The notes under the pieces: generated by a model
The model's input: the letters and a program-made list of their open reading frames with translations, nothing else
Databases searched by the model: none
What the model was told of the DNA's origin: nothing
Made by a program: the position numbers and the translations under genes
Shown: one piece after another, positions 31,118 to 42,949 of the stretch
How positions within the stretch are numbered: the first letter of the stretch is position 1
How the letters are laid out: each line of letters begins with the position of its first letter
NCBI GenBank assembly: GCA_046045965.1
Contig: JBJOKS010000004.1
Span: 32,001 to 96,000 of the forward strand
Length of the DNA: 64,000 nt
Origin: Cyanobacteriota bacterium
Lineage (GTDB): Bacteria > Cyanobacteriota > Cyanobacteriia > Cyanobacteriales > Nostocaceae
Direction of reading: 5' to 3'

Positions 31118-31924
31118 CTATTTAGCTAAAACTGATTTTTTACGATTTCTGATGACCAAGCTTCCAGCAGCACCAAAAACTAACAAACCTAAAGTAGTTG
31201 ATGATTCTGGTACAGGCTTTGTATCAGGTACATTATAAGAAAGCGTACCTCTAAAATTTGTCCATGCTAAATCACCTGCTTGGCTAGATAAAGCTTTTGC
31301 AGGTGCATTTGGGTCTGTACTAAATGTGTTATTGACCCAGAATCTTAAAACATTTGTGCCACCTACATTAAATAAATTTGGATTATTGAAATTAAAACCT
31401 TCCCAACCATTGCCATCAAATTGTTTGGAAAAATAATTTTGATTTCCATCCATCATTCTACCTGGAACTGAACTATGAGCAGGAAGCGCAAAAGCAGATA
31501 TAGCTACTTCATTACCATTAATATCTAAAACTACACGATCATCAGCAGCAATGGCACTAAAATCTAGTTTGATATCAGTAGCATCGCTGGGTAGCTCAAA
31601 TGTATGATAAAGATATGCAACCCCATAAAAACTTGGTATATTAGCAGGAACATCAGAACCATAATCATTATTTGATCCAATGTCATTTCTCATGATCCAA
31701 CTGAAATAATCATTGAATCCATAAGTTGCATAACGAGGATCTTGATAATTACCGGAATAATTCCAAGTAAAACTTGAATCTGGATCGCCAATGTTTATTC
31801 CTGCTTTACCTGCTATTCCTGTATTTATAGGAACGGTAATTGTAGCAGCTTGAGCAGAACCAATAATTGCAAATAATGATGCACAAGTAGCAGCAGAAAT
31901 TGTTAACTTGATTAAAGTCTTCAT
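31118..31924 (-). CDS. PEP-CTERM sorting-domain surface protein
   Basis: Signal peptide (AQA-A); C-terminal VPESSTTLGLLVFG, TM, RNRKK. Confidence 0.9.
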   Translation of the reverse strand: MKTLIKLTISAATCASLFAIIGSAQAATITVPINTGIAGKAGINIGDPDSSFTWNYSGNYQDPRYATYGFNDYFSWIMRNDIGSNNDYGSDVPANIPSFYGVAYLYHTFELPSDATDIKLDFSAIAADDRVVLDINGNEVAISAFALPAHSSVPGRMMDGNQNYFSKQFDGNGWEGFNFNNPNLFNVGGTNVLRFWVNNTFSTDPNAPAKALSSQAGDLAWTNFRGTLSYNVPDTKPVPESSTTLGLLVFGAAGSLVIRNRKKSVLAK

Positions 31925-32033
31925 ACATTTACCTCAATATTTGAATTAATGAAAAATTGAATGCGGAGAGAGAGGCTGGTATAATCAAAATAACCAGCCA
32001 TAAAAATTCAGCGATAATCTAATTAGGAGAAAC

Positions 32034-32411
32034 TTATGGTTTGAAAACAATAGGTAAAGCAACCTTTAATTTCTGACCTGTTGTTAAATCTTGTACTTCT
32101 GCAAGTCGATACAAAGAAGTTGCTGCTGAAGCAACGGTTTTTTCTTGAGTTAAAGCAGGAAGAAAACTGATAAATTGATATCTACCATTGCTTTTGGTTA
32201 CTTCCATCAGTTTTGATTTTTCATCGGTTGCATTGCGATTGATAACAATAGGCATATCATCAATAATTTCAAATGATTTATCACCTACTTGCAAAGACTC
32301 TGCAAAAACCGGAGATGCAAGAGTGGAAAAAGTGACAAATAAAGCAAGTCCAGCAAATGCTGTTTGGGTAAACTGCTTGATTCGTTTACCAACAGACGTA
32401 AAGTGTGTCAT
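32034..32411 (-). CDS. Secreted hypothetical protein
   Basis: Signal peptide ending SPVFA; co-oriented with the PEP-CTERM gene. Confidence 0.7.
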   Translation of the reverse strand: MTHFTSVGKRIKQFTQTAFAGLALFVTFSTLASPVFAESLQVGDKSFEIIDDMPIVINRNATDEKSKLMEVTKSNGRYQFISFLPALTQEKTVASAATSLYRLAEVQDLTTGQKLKVALPIVFKP

Positions 32412-32670
32412 ACTAACCTGTAGAAATAAATTACGATACCTGACCTTTAGGGGTTGGGTTTTTTCTTGCGCTTCAGTTCAATGTCTAGATTGATGACTGC
32501 TTGTGCTGTTTTCTCAACCCATACCAAAAATTTAACCAGTACCTAATAGCCTTGTCTACCCACTGTAGTGGTGAGTTGTATAAAAAAAATAGTGGGAAAA
32601 AGTAGGGTTGGTGGGTAAAAAATGCTAAATTTACTTAATATCCACTGAAAATTGTCTAAAATCCTGCTAG

Positions 32671-35031
32671 ATGATAAATATTAATGATAATGATGCGGTA
32701 GAATTTACTCAAAATCTGATTCATAACCACACTAAAAAATCTCTTAATAATACACAGATGACTGTATTGAGGGCTTGTTTCGAGGGTAAAGGTTATCCAG
32801 ATATAGCTAAGGAGAATAATTTTAATTACGATCATACTAAAAAAACTGGTTATGAACTATGGACAATACTTACTGAAATATTAGGAACAAGAGTTACACA
32901 AAAGAATTTTAGAACTGTAATAGAACAAAAGTTACAGACTGAAAAAAAGAAAACATCGAATTCTGAAATCTCACCCAAATGTAATGATGAGTTACGTGAT
33001 TTTTTCGGACGAGACACAGCAATTAAGGATATTGATAAACTTGTTAATGAACGCAACAAAATCATTGTAATTCAAGCCGCAGGGGGAGTAGGAAAGACAA
33101 CGTTAGCCAAGCAATATTTATATAATAATTTTGATTTAGTCCTACCACTAGAAATGGCTAAAGATACAGAAAATATTACTGCTGTTGAAAGTGAAATTGA
33201 AACTTGGCTAAAACAATACTTTCAAGAAGAACCAGGAAGAGATTTTAAAACTACCCTAAATAGGCTCAAACAACAATTACAAAACCGCAAAGTAGGAATA
33301 TTAATTGATAACTTAGAACCTGCTTTAGATGAACGAGGTAGGTTGATTGAAAAAAATAGTCTTTATGTTGAACTATTAAGAGTTTTAGCTGGTGAAAATG
33401 TACAGTCTCTCACCCTCATTACCAGTAGAGAACGTTTATGTGATGATCGTGTGAATGGTATTTATCATTATCATTTAGCTGTGTTGACTGTAGAAGCATG
33501 GGGAGAATTTTTTACAACTCGTAAAATTAAGATTGATACCCCATCTTTGGAAGCAATGCAAAAGATTTATGGGGGTAATGCGAAAGCAATGGATATCCTG
33601 TTTGGGGTAATGAGAGAAGATTATGATGGGGATATGGCCGCTTATTGGCTAGAAAATTCTACTTGCGTAGAAACGGAATTAAAGAATTTAGTTGAAAGTC
33701 AATTTAAACGGTTGCAGACTTTAGATATTGAAACTTATAAACTACTTTGTCGGTTAGGATGTTTTCGTTATCAGGATGTACCCAGAGTTTCTACAGATGC
33801 GCTGTTAGCTTTACTTTGGGATGTTCCTCAAGAGAAGCAAAGAGATGTAATTAAAGCTTTGCGAAATCGGTGTTTAGTTGAGTTTGAAAAGGGTGAATAT
33901 TGGTTACATCCAGTTATTCGGAAACAGGGGATAGAGAGGTTGAAAGCAAGTGGAGAATGGGAGGAAGTAAATTGTAAAGCGGCAGAATTTTGGACTAATA
34001 GTGTGAAGACTATTGAAACTATAGATGACGCAAAAAAAGCATTTGAAGCTTATCATCATAATGTGGAAATTAATGATTATGATCAAGCTGTTTCTATAAT
34101 TCTTAAAGAAAGAGATAATAAATGGGTAAAAAGTTCTACTTTTAGCGTATCATGCTATAGACTGGGTTTATTGCAACAAATAATTTTAGCTATTAATTTT
34201 TTAAAAGACCAAATAGTAATAGGCTATGAATTAGCGAGACTTTACAATATTTTAGCTTTAATTTACTGGGTTAATGGTTGCATTTATGATGCTAGTAGAT
34301 GTTCAGAAAAATCCATAGATATTATTAGGAAACATCAAAAATTATCTGAGAATAGAAAATGTTGTACCCACAATAACGAAAACCATGAAATTCAGGTCAA
34401 TTCTTTATTTTTGGAAGGTGTATTGAGAATTTCTATGGGTGAATTAAAATCAGCAATGGAATTATTTACTAAAATAGTATCCTATGAAGATTCTCTAGAA
34501 AATTACTATAATTTAATCATAAAACCCTGGTTTTGTTTAGCATATTTAAATTCCTGCTTGGGATTTAAAAAAGAAGCATATTTTTTTGCTAAAAAGAGTG
34601 AGTTTTCAATATCTTTAAGTGAATGGGAATTAGGGCATAAATTATTTTTTTTAGGTAAAACATATAAAAATCTTGGGAAAATAGAAAAATCCTTTTCAAT
34701 ATATAAACAAGCAATTGAATTTGCTGAAGAAAGTCATTATACTCAACTTAAAGCAAAAACATTAACTGGTTTAGCAGAACTATATCGAATACAAAATGAT
34801 TTTAAAATTGCACTTTTCTATCATTCTGAATCAATTGAAATATTAGATAAAATTGGTGCTAAATGTGATTTAGCAGAAGCATACTACCAACTAGGATTAA
34901 CATATCAAAAAATAGGTGAAACTGAGAAAATCCACACCAACTTTAACGAAGCTATCCGACTATTCAACGAAATCGAAGCACCTAAGCAAGTTGAGAAAGT
35001 GGAAAAAGCGAAAACAGGAAATATTGATTAA
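32671..35031 (+). CDS. HTH + NB-ARC/STAND-type NTPase + TPR protein
   Basis: N-terminal Y..IA......Y......G.ELW..L HTH; Walker A AAGGVGKTT; Walker B ILIDNLE; LHPVIR; C-terminal TPRs. Confidence 0.88.
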   Translation: MININDNDAVEFTQNLIHNHTKKSLNNTQMTVLRACFEGKGYPDIAKENNFNYDHTKKTGYELWTILTEILGTRVTQKNFRTVIEQKLQTEKKKTSNSEISPKCNDELRDFFGRDTAIKDIDKLVNERNKIIVIQAAGGVGKTTLAKQYLYNNFDLVLPLEMAKDTENITAVESEIETWLKQYFQEEPGRDFKTTLNRLKQQLQNRKVGILIDNLEPALDERGRLIEKNSLYVELLRVLAGENVQSLTLITSRERLCDDRVNGIYHYHLAVLTVEAWGEFFTTRKIKIDTPSLEAMQKIYGGNAKAMDILFGVMREDYDGDMAAYWLENSTCVETELKNLVESQFKRLQTLDIETYKLLCRLGCFRYQDVPRVSTDALLALLWDVPQEKQRDVIKALRNRCLVEFEKGEYWLHPVIRKQGIERLKASGEWEEVNCKAAEFWTNSVKTIETIDDAKKAFEAYHHNVEINDYDQAVSIILKERDNKWVKSSTFSVSCYRLGLLQQIILAINFLKDQIVIGYELARLYNILALIYWVNGCIYDASRCSEKSIDIIRKHQKLSENRKCCTHNNENHEIQVNSLFLEGVLRISMGELKSAMELFTKIVSYEDSLENYYNLIIKPWFCLAYLNSCLGFKKEAYFFAKKSEFSISLSEWELGHKLFFLGKTYKNLGKIEKSFSIYKQAIEFAEESHYTQLKAKTLTGLAELYRIQNDFKIALFYHSESIEILDKIGAKCDLAEAYYQLGLTYQKIGETEKIHTNFNEAIRLFNEIEAPKQVEKVEKAKTGNID

Positions 35032-35036
35032 CCAAA

Positions 35037-35066
35037 TGTAGGGATTTAGCATTGCTAAACCCCTAC
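35037..35066. repeat. REP/SDR-like palindrome
   Basis: GTAGGGATTTAGCATTGCTAAACCCCTAC between convergent genes. Confidence 0.8.
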
Positions 35067-35091
35067 TACATTCTTAATTACAAATTACAAA

Positions 35092-35520
35092 TTACTTTCC
35101 AGGTTTCACCACCAATACAGAACAATTAGCCTCTTCCATCACCTGAGTGCTAACAGAACCCTGAACAATTCTTTTCATCCCCGTTAACCCGCGACTACCA
35201 ATCACCACTAAGTCAGCTTTGTAAATATTGGCTAGTCTAATAATCTCGTCCGCAGGATCACCAGTTACTAATTCTAACTCGCTTTTGACTGACAATTGTT
35301 CCTGATATGATTGCATCTGCTTTTCAACATGGAAATAAGCCGACTTTGGTGAGTCTGGATGAGGACGATCAGCGGGTAATTCTATTTCTGACTCTGGGGT
35401 AGGAAATACATGACAAAGAATAACTTTGGTGTTTGACGACAGCACCAAATCACCTAAAGTCTGAATTACTCGTTCAGCAATTTCCGAGCCATCCAGAGCT
35501 ACTAAAATAGTTTTTAACAC
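35092..35520 (-). CDS. Universal stress protein
   Basis: ILVALDGS, DLVVIGSRG, GSVS, VLVVK. Confidence 0.95.
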   Translation of the reverse strand: MLKTILVALDGSEIAERVIQTLGDLVLSSNTKVILCHVFPTPESEIELPADRPHPDSPKSAYFHVEKQMQSYQEQLSVKSELELVTGDPADEIIRLANIYKADLVVIGSRGLTGMKRIVQGSVSTQVMEEANCSVLVVKPGK

Positions 35521-35697
35521 CGCTTTTGTCTCCTCAAGGTAGACCCCTTAAATTATCACATCAAGAATTTGATTGGTTGGAACACCAACAATTTTCCTCA
35601 TGTGAACTTTAGTTTGCTAAAATTCACAAACTTACTATTATTAACTATGAAGTAGCTGCTGTCAACCGCATTCAGGGAAAAAATATTGCATTCTAAA

Positions 35698-36999
35698 TTA
35701 CTCTTGTTCCTCAACTCGCCTTCGTACTGAATCAGCATGAGAAGGTAAACCTTCGGCTGTAGCTAGAGTGTCAATTGCACTAGCCACTTTCCCCAGTGCT
35801 GTTGGTGAGTATTGGATAATACTAGAGTGTTTAAGGAAAGTTTCTACACCCAAAGCAGAAGCATAACGGGCAGCACCGGAGGTAGGTAAAGTATGGTTAG
35901 GACCAGCCAAATAGTCTCCTACAGCTTCTGGTGTGGAATTACCCAAGAAAATAGCACCAGCATGACGAATCTGCGAAATTAAAGCCCAAGGATCTTGAAC
36001 TTCTAATTCTAGGTGTTCAGGAGCAAATTCATTTGAGAGTTGTGCTGCTGCTTCTAGAGATTCGACAACGACAATTAAGCCGTAATGTGCGATCGCTTTT
36101 TCTGTGTCTATTCGTCTTGGGTGATCGATCAGTTGTCTATCTACAGCTACCTGGACTTTCTTTGCTAAACCAGCATCTGTTGTTAACAAAATCGCTGCTG
36201 CCATTGGATCATGTTCAGCCTGTGCTAACAAATCCGCCGCTACGTGTGCAGCATTAGCTGTTTCGTCAGCAATAATCAGCACTTCGCTAGGTCCTGCTAA
36301 AGAATCAATCCCCACTGTGCCGTAGACTAGCTTTTTAGCCAAGGTGACATAAATGTTACCAGGTCCACTAATCACATTCACTTTAGGAATTGTTTCTGTA
36401 CCATAGGCTAAAGCAGCGATCGCTTGAGCGCCCCCAATGCGATAAATTTCTTCTACTCCAGCTTCCTGGGCAGCTACCAAGACTGCTGGATTAACTGCTT
36501 TACCTGCCCCTAGCGGTGTTACCATCACTATCCGAGGTACACCTGCTACTTTAGCGGGTATAGCATTCATCAACACCGTACTGGGGTAGGAAGCCCGACC
36601 TCCAGGGACGTATAAACCTGCCCGATCTACAGGAGTATAGCGTTTACCCAGTACCACTTCATCATCGCCAAAGTGTACCCAGCTTTTTGGTACACGCTGA
36701 CGGTGAAACGCTTCAATTTGGCGACAAGCCAGCTGAATAGCTGCCAACAAATCCTTTGATACCTGTTGGTAAGCCGCATCCAGTTCTGAACCTGTCACCC
36801 TTAGTTCTTCTGGTTGCAAGGTTTGGTGGTCAAATTCGGCTGTGTAGTGCAGTACAGCTTTGTCGCCTTGGCGTTTGACTGCTTGCAACACTTCCCGCAC
36901 CGTTGCTTCTTTGTGAAGCACTTGTTCATCCTGGGTGCGATCGCAGATACGTTGTAGTTCGGATATAACGTCTGCCTGCTGAGTAATAATTCGCAGCAT
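35698..36999 (-). CDS. hisD: Histidinol dehydrogenase
   Basis: GLYVPGG, GPGN.YV, AGPSE, QAEHD, APEHLEL. Confidence 0.99.
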   Translation of the reverse strand: MLRIITQQADVISELQRICDRTQDEQVLHKEATVREVLQAVKRQGDKAVLHYTAEFDHQTLQPEELRVTGSELDAAYQQVSKDLLAAIQLACRQIEAFHRQRVPKSWVHFGDDEVVLGKRYTPVDRAGLYVPGGRASYPSTVLMNAIPAKVAGVPRIVMVTPLGAGKAVNPAVLVAAQEAGVEEIYRIGGAQAIAALAYGTETIPKVNVISGPGNIYVTLAKKLVYGTVGIDSLAGPSEVLIIADETANAAHVAADLLAQAEHDPMAAAILLTTDAGLAKKVQVAVDRQLIDHPRRIDTEKAIAHYGLIVVVESLEAAAQLSNEFAPEHLELEVQDPWALISQIRHAGAIFLGNSTPEAVGDYLAGPNHTLPTSGAARYASALGVETFLKHSSIIQYSPTALGKVASAIDTLATAEGLPSHADSVRRRVEEQE

Positions 37000-37428
37000 G
37001 GAGTAAGGACAATGCCAAAATTAGAATGTTCCCGTTTGAGAATTAGTTTGGCTCTTTACCCATTCAGGGATCAGGCTCATCCTAAATTCTCTTCTCTAGC
37101 TTAACCTGGATTTTTTTGATACTCCCAAGATTCTTACCTGTGAAAATCCATCCTCATTAAAAATGAACTGAATTACCAGTTACACCTCTGCTTGCGGTTT
37201 TGGTGAGTTGGGACACTGTTTAGTTATCCTATTTTAACGCATTTCCTGATTTTCCGGCTCTCCTACTTTCAGAAAATTTCACAAACCAGATGAGGGCTAT
37301 TTTTTAATGATCAGAAAATTCTCAGGTAATATTTTTTCGGGAAATTATAACATTGGCAATTTTGGTGCTATATTAGTAAATCTAGTAGTGTGTGTACATA
37401 TTAATTAATAGTTTTTTTGGAATTGACT

Positions 37429-37722
37429 GTGGCGAATACAAAGTCTGCTCTCAAACGCGCCCAAATCGCAGAACGCAACCGACTGCGTAACAAAGCATAT
37501 AAGTCAGCAGTAAAGACGCTGATGAAGAAATACTTTACTGCTGTGGAAGCTCATGCGGCTAATCCTACTCCAGAATCAAAACAAGCAGTAGATGCTCGGA
37601 TGTCTGAGGCTTACAGCAAAATTGATAAAGCTGTAAAGCGGGGTGTGCTACATCCCAACACCGGGGCGAGGAAAAAGTCAAGGTTAGCTCACAAACTTAA
37701 ACCGCTGACCCAAACAGCATAG
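37429..37722 (+). CDS. rpsT: 30S ribosomal protein S20 (GTG start 37429)
   Basis: [22 protein letters not shown]. Confidence 0.98.
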   Translation: MANTKSALKRAQIAERNRLRNKAYKSAVKTLMKKYFTAVEAHAANPTPESKQAVDARMSEAYSKIDKAVKRGVLHPNTGARKKSRLAHKLKPLTQTA

Positions 37723-37790
37723 TAGTCATCAGTCATTAGTCATTAGCTAAGAGATTAATGGCTCACCCAATGCCCAGAAATGACTCCATC

Positions 37791-38588
37791 ATGCAATTAG
37801 TAGACACCCACGTACATCTCAACTTTGATCTATTTCAGCCAGATTTAGCAGCAGTGCGATCGCGTTGGCAAGAAGCAGGGATAGTACGTTTAGTACATTC
37901 CTGTGTTCACCCCGAAGAATTTGCCAGCATTCAAACTCTAGCTCACCAGTTTCCCGAAATCAGTTTTGCCGTTGGTTTGCATCCTTTAGACGCAGCCAAA
38001 TGGAATCACCAGACAGCAGAGAAAATCAAATCTCTAGCCAGTTCCGATTCTCAAGTGGTAGCGATTGGAGAAATGGGGCTAGATTTTTACAAGGCAAATG
38101 ACTATGAACAACAGTACATAGTATTTGAAGCGCAATTAGCGATCGCAGCCGAACTTAACTTACCAGTGATCATCCATTGTCGTGATACCGCACCACAGGT
38201 AAGAGAAGTATTGCAAAAATGGCGGGAAAATCAAGGGGAAAGAGTGCGGGGTGTAATGCATTGTTGGGGGGGAACGCCAGAAGAAACCCAATGGTTTCTG
38301 GATTTAGGCTTCTATATCAGCTTCAGTGGCACTGTTACCTTTAAAAACGCGAAAACCATCCAAGCATCAGCCGCTATGGTGAGTAGCGATCGGCTACTGA
38401 TTGAAACAGATTGTCCGTTTCTGGCTCCCACACCCAAAAGAGGCGAAAAACGCAACGAACCAGCTTATGTAGGTTATGTAGCTGCACAAATAGCCAAAAT
38501 CAGGGGGGAAACATTAGAGGCGATCGCCCATCAAACCACCGAAAACGCTTGCAAATTATTCGGACTCTCATTAACAAAGAGTAATTAA
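37791..38588 (+). CDS. tatD: TatD-family hydrolase
   Basis: DTHVHL, GEMGLDF, IIHCRD, MHCW, ETDCPFL. Confidence 0.95.
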   Translation: MQLVDTHVHLNFDLFQPDLAAVRSRWQEAGIVRLVHSCVHPEEFASIQTLAHQFPEISFAVGLHPLDAAKWNHQTAEKIKSLASSDSQVVAIGEMGLDFYKANDYEQQYIVFEAQLAIAAELNLPVIIHCRDTAPQVREVLQKWRENQGERVRGVMHCWGGTPEETQWFLDLGFYISFSGTVTFKNAKTIQASAAMVSSDRLLIETDCPFLAPTPKRGEKRNEPAYVGYVAAQIAKIRGETLEAIAHQTTENACKLFGLSLTKSN

Positions 38589-39402
38589 ACGCAGTAAATT
38601 GCTTTTCTACCAAATCAATCGCCAGCAAAAGTAGGCACTCAAAGAGTGCTTTTTGAGCATTACCTTGAGTAAGTCCAGCAATTTACAAAAATAAGACTCT
38701 CGGAGGACAAAAATATGCTAATATTATTCCCTCCAAAACATTTTACTTGCGTCATAATGATAAAGGAAGGAATTTTTAACTTACTACTGAAAATTGCTGG
38801 TTAAGGATAGGTATAAAATCTATCTAGCTGGTTGGGTAATGGTGATTGTTGATAAAATAAAACCCAAATTTCACGGACATCTAAAATATCTCTACAAGCA
38901 GATGCTCTCAATAAATAACAAACCCTGGCAGCCTAGTTTGATATGGAATTGTACACAACAGCGTATCTCGGCGTATTTAAATATAGAAAATTCTTAAAAG
39001 AAAGAGCCTTGTGACCAAAATTCAGCAAAATAAATCCATCCTGATGCAAAGCCAATTCTTGTGGATTCTTCATTTTTGGGATCTCACTGTGAGTATAGAT
39101 GAGGTCTTTTAAAGATACAACAGTGGGGATGAGCATAGATTTAATGAACGGGCTAAGTGGGAGGGCTGGAGTGATCAAAACAAATCAAACTCAGGAAGAT
39201 ATCAACAATATGTTCTTCTGGCATAACTTCCCACACTGGATGTTAGTCATCCTAGCTGATCCTCCAGGGCGATTAGCCACTTGTCAAAAGCGTCCATTCC
39301 AGATTTAATTGCTGCGGAAAGCTCGCACTTGTAAACAGCAGGTAGTGTCAAGACAAGTTCCCCAACATCTGGCCTAAACAAAGCTAGAGGCGGAACACCA
39401 CA

Positions 39403-39428
39403 GTAGGGGCAGGGTTTCCCTGCCCATC
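39403..39428. repeat. Small palindromic dispersed repeat in the rpoB leader
   Basis: GTAGGGGCAGGGTTTCCCTGCCCATC; 22/26 match at 56322-56347. Confidence 0.75.
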
Positions 39429-39465
39429 CAAGCGAAAGTTTAACCAGGTTGACAAAGGTAGAGGC

Positions 39466-42400
39466 ATGATTAACGAAACATATATGGAACCCGCCTTTCT
39501 GTTACCCGACTTGATTGAAATCCAGCGTTCAAGCTTTCGCTGGTTTTTAGAAGAAGGGCTAATAGAAGAGTTGAACTCCTTTAGTCCGATTACAGACTAC
39601 ACAGGAAAATTAGAACTACACTTTTTAGGTCATAACTATAAACTCAAAGAACCCAAGTATAGCGTCGAAGAATCTAAACGGCGGGATAGCACTTATGCAG
39701 TGCAAATGTATGTTCCTACTAGACTCTTAAACAAAGAAACAGGGGATATTAAAGAACAAGAAGTATTTATAGGCGATTTGCCTTTGATGACAGATCGGGG
39801 AACGTTTATCATCAACGGAGCCGAGCGCGTCATAGTCAACCAAATCGTGCGATCGCCAGGAGTTTATTACAAATCAGAAATTGACAAAAACGGTAGACGG
39901 ACTTATTCTGCCAGCTTAATCCCTAACCGGGGGGCATGGCTGAAATTTGAAACAGACCGTAACGATTTAGTTTGGGTACGCATCGACAAAACCCGCAAAC
40001 TATCAGCCCAGGTACTACTCAAAGCACTAGGATTATCAGACAACGAAATCTTTGATGCCCTACGCCACCCAGAATACTTCCAAAAAACCATCGAAAAAGA
40101 AGGGCAATTTTCCGAAGAAGAAGCCCTCATGGAGTTGTATCGCAAACTGCGTCCCGGTGAACCACCAACCGTATTAGGTGGACAGCAACTCTTAGACTCC
40201 CGCTTCTTCGACCCCAAACGCTACGACTTAGGGCGAGTAGGCAGATACAAACTCAACAAAAAACTGCGCCTCTCCGTTCCCGACACACTGAGAGTTCTCA
40301 CCCCTGGGGACATCTTAGCAGCCGTAGATTATCTAATCAACCTAGAATATGACATTGGTAGTATTGACGACATTGACCACCTCGGAAATCGCAGAGTCAG
40401 AAGCGTAGGTGAACTACTACAAAACCAAGTCAGAGTAGGGTTAAACCGTTTAGAGCGGATCATTCGGGAAAGAATGACTGTATCAGATGCCGAAGTTCTC
40501 ACCCCAGCATCCCTCGTCAACCCCAAACCCCTAGTAGCAGCAATCAAAGAATTCTTTGGTTCCAGCCAACTGAGTCAGTTCATGGATCAAACCAATCCCC
40601 TCGCAGAACTCACCCATAAACGCCGACTCAGTGCCTTGGGTCCCGGTGGTCTAACCAGAGAAAGAGCAGGTTTTGCAGTCCGGGATATTCACCCCAGTCA
40701 CTACGGACGCATCTGCCCCATTGAAACACCAGAAGGACCAAACGCCGGATTAATTGGTTCATTAGCCACCCATGCCCGTGTTAACCAATATGGATTCCTA
40801 GAAACACCCTTTAGACCAGTAGAAAACGGACGTGTCTGCTACGAAAAAGCCGCAGTCTACATGACAGCAGACGAAGAAGACGACCTGCGGGTAGCACCAG
40901 GAGACATCCCAGTTGATGAAACCGGACACATTATTGGACCACAAGTACCAGTCCGCTATCGTCAAGAATTTTCCACCACCACACCGGAACAAGTAGACTA
41001 CGTAGCAGTTTCACCCGTACAGATTGTCTCCGTAGCCACCAGCATGATTCCCTTCTTGGAACACGACGACGCAAACCGCGCCCTCATGGGTTCCAATATG
41101 CAACGGCAAGCAGTACCTTTACTTAAACCAGAGCGTCCGTTAGTAGGAACAGGTTTAGAAGCCCAAGGAGCGCGAGACTCAGGGATGGTGATAGTTTCCC
41201 GTACAGATGGCGACGTTGTTTATGCCGATGCAGCAGAAATTCGCGTCAGAGTCAGAGAAAAAGCCCTGACCGGCGGGGAAGATGCAAACAGCAATGCTGC
41301 CAAACCCCAGGAAATTAGATATGTATTGTCTAAATATCAACGTTCCAACCAAGACACCTGCCTCAACCAAAAACCCCTAGTCCGCATTGGTGAGAAAGTC
41401 GTAGCTGGACAAGTTTTGGCAGATGGTTCTTCGACTGAAGGGGGAGAACTGGCACTAGGACAAAACATAGTCGTAGCTTATATGCCCTGGGAAGGCTACA
41501 ACTACGAAGACGCGATTTTGATATCCGAACGTCTGGTACAGGATGATATTTATACCTCAATTCACATTGAAAAATATGAAATTGAGGCCAGACAAACCAA
41601 GCTCGGACCAGAAGAAATCACCAGAGAAATTCCCAACGTGGGAGAAGATGCTCTGCGACAGTTAGATGAACAGGGAATAATTAGAATTGGAGCCTGGGTA
41701 GAATCCGGTGATATTCTAGTGGGAAAAGTTACCCCCAAAGGTGAATCTGACCAACCTCCAGAAGAAAAACTGCTACGGGCAATCTTTGGTGAAAAAGCCC
41801 GTGACGTGCGGGATAACTCCCTGCGAGTTCCCAATGGTGAAAAAGGCCGGGTTGTGGATGTGCGGTTGTTCACCAGAGAACAGGGTGATGAACTGCCACC
41901 GGGGGCAAACATGGTGGTGCGGGTATATGTGGCACAGAAGCGCAAAATCCAAGTCGGCGACAAAATGGCAGGGAGACACGGCAACAAGGGGATTATTTCC
42001 CGCATTCTCCCCGCTGAAGATATGCCCTATTTGGCTGATGGTTCGCCGGTGGATATTGTGTTGAATCCTTTGGGTGTACCGAGCCGGATGAACGTGGGTC
42101 AAGTGTTTGAATGTTTGTTAGGTTGGGCTGGTCACAACTTGGGAGTGCGGTTTAAGATCACTCCCTTTGATGAAATGTATGGGGAAGAGTCTTCCCGCCG
42201 CATTGTTCATGGCAAACTGCAAGAAGCGAGGGACGAAACTGGTAAAGACTGGGTATATAACCCTGATGATCCGGGCAAAATCATGGTTTATGACGGCCGC
42301 ACGGGGGAACCCTTTGACCGTCCCATCACCGTGGGAGTCGCTTATATGCTGAAGCTGGTGCATTTAGTGGATGACAAAATTCACGCCCGTTCCACAGGAC

Positions 42401-42807
42401 CCTATTCTCTGGTAACTCAGCAACCCTTGGGTGGTAAAGCGCAACAAGGTGGTCAAAGATTTGGAGAAATGGAAGTTTGGGCGCTGGAGGCTTTTGGCGC
42501 TGCCTATACTTTGCAGGAATTGTTAACAGTTAAATCCGACGATATGCAAGGTAGAAATGAAGCTCTGAATGCGATCGTTAAGGGTAAGGCTATTCCTCGT
42601 CCGGGTACTCCAGAATCTTTCAAAGTGTTAATGCGAGAGTTGCAATCTTTGGGTTTGGATATTGCGGTTCACAAGGTGGAAACCCAAGCCGATGGCAGTT
42701 CTTTGGATGTGGAAGTTGACCTAATGGCGGATCAATCTGCTCGCCGCACTCCTCCCCGTCCTACCTATGAGTCACTTTCTCGTGAGTCTTTGGAAGAAGA
42801 CGAATAA
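39466..42807 (+). CDS. rpoB: RNA polymerase beta subunit
   Basis: [31 protein letters not shown]. Confidence 0.99.
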   Translation: MINETYMEPAFLLPDLIEIQRSSFRWFLEEGLIEELNSFSPITDYTGKLELHFLGHNYKLKEPKYSVEESKRRDSTYAVQMYVPTRLLNKETGDIKEQEVFIGDLPLMTDRGTFIINGAERVIVNQIVRSPGVYYKSEIDKNGRRTYSASLIPNRGAWLKFETDRNDLVWVRIDKTRKLSAQVLLKALGLSDNEIFDALRHPEYFQKTIEKEGQFSEEEALMELYRKLRPGEPPTVLGGQQLLDSRFFDPKRYDLGRVGRYKLNKKLRLSVPDTLRVLTPGDILAAVDYLINLEYDIGSIDDIDHLGNRRVRSVGELLQNQVRVGLNRLERIIRERMTVSDAEVLTPASLVNPKPLVAAIKEFFGSSQLSQFMDQTNPLAELTHKRRLSALGPGGLTRERAGFAVRDIHPSHYGRICPIETPEGPNAGLIGSLATHARVNQYGFLETPFRPVENGRVCYEKAAVYMTADEEDDLRVAPGDIPVDETGHIIGPQVPVRYRQEFSTTTPEQVDYVAVSPVQIVSVATSMIPFLEHDDANRALMGSNMQRQAVPLLKPERPLVGTGLEAQGARDSGMVIVSRTDGDVVYADAAEIRVRVREKALTGGEDANSNAAKPQEIRYVLSKYQRSNQDTCLNQKPLVRIGEKVVAGQVLADGSSTEGGELALGQNIVVAYMPWEGYNYEDAILISERLVQDDIYTSIHIEKYEIEARQTKLGPEEITREIPNVGEDALRQLDEQGIIRIGAWVESGDILVGKVTPKGESDQPPEEKLLRAIFGEKARDVRDNSLRVPNGEKGRVVDVRLFTREQGDELPPGANMVVRVYVAQKRKIQVGDKMAGRHGNKGIISRILPAEDMPYLADGSPVDIVLNPLGVPSRMNVGQVFECLLGWAGHNLGVRFKITPFDEMYGEESSRRIVHGKLQEARDETGKDWVYNPDDPGKIMVYDGRTGEPFDRPITVGVAYMLKLVHLVDDKIHARSTGPYSLVTQQPLGGKAQQGGQRFGEMEVWALEAFGAAYTLQELLTVKSDDMQGRNEALNAIVKGKAIPRPGTPESFKVLMRELQSLGLDIAVHKVETQADGSSLDVEVDLMADQSARRTPPRPTYESLSRESLEEDE

Positions 42808-42949
42808 TTCATAATTAGTAATTCATAATTCATAATTAATTTCGCAGTTATGAATTATGAATTATCAATTATGAGTTAATTTTGTGTCCCCAATAATTCA
42901 TAATTAATTCCCCAATTATGAATTATCAATTATCAATTATGAATTAATT
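42805..42949. repeat. Inverted heptamer arrays (TAATTCA)n/(TTATGAA)n
   Basis: Fill the rpoB-rpoC1 spacer. Confidence 0.9.
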
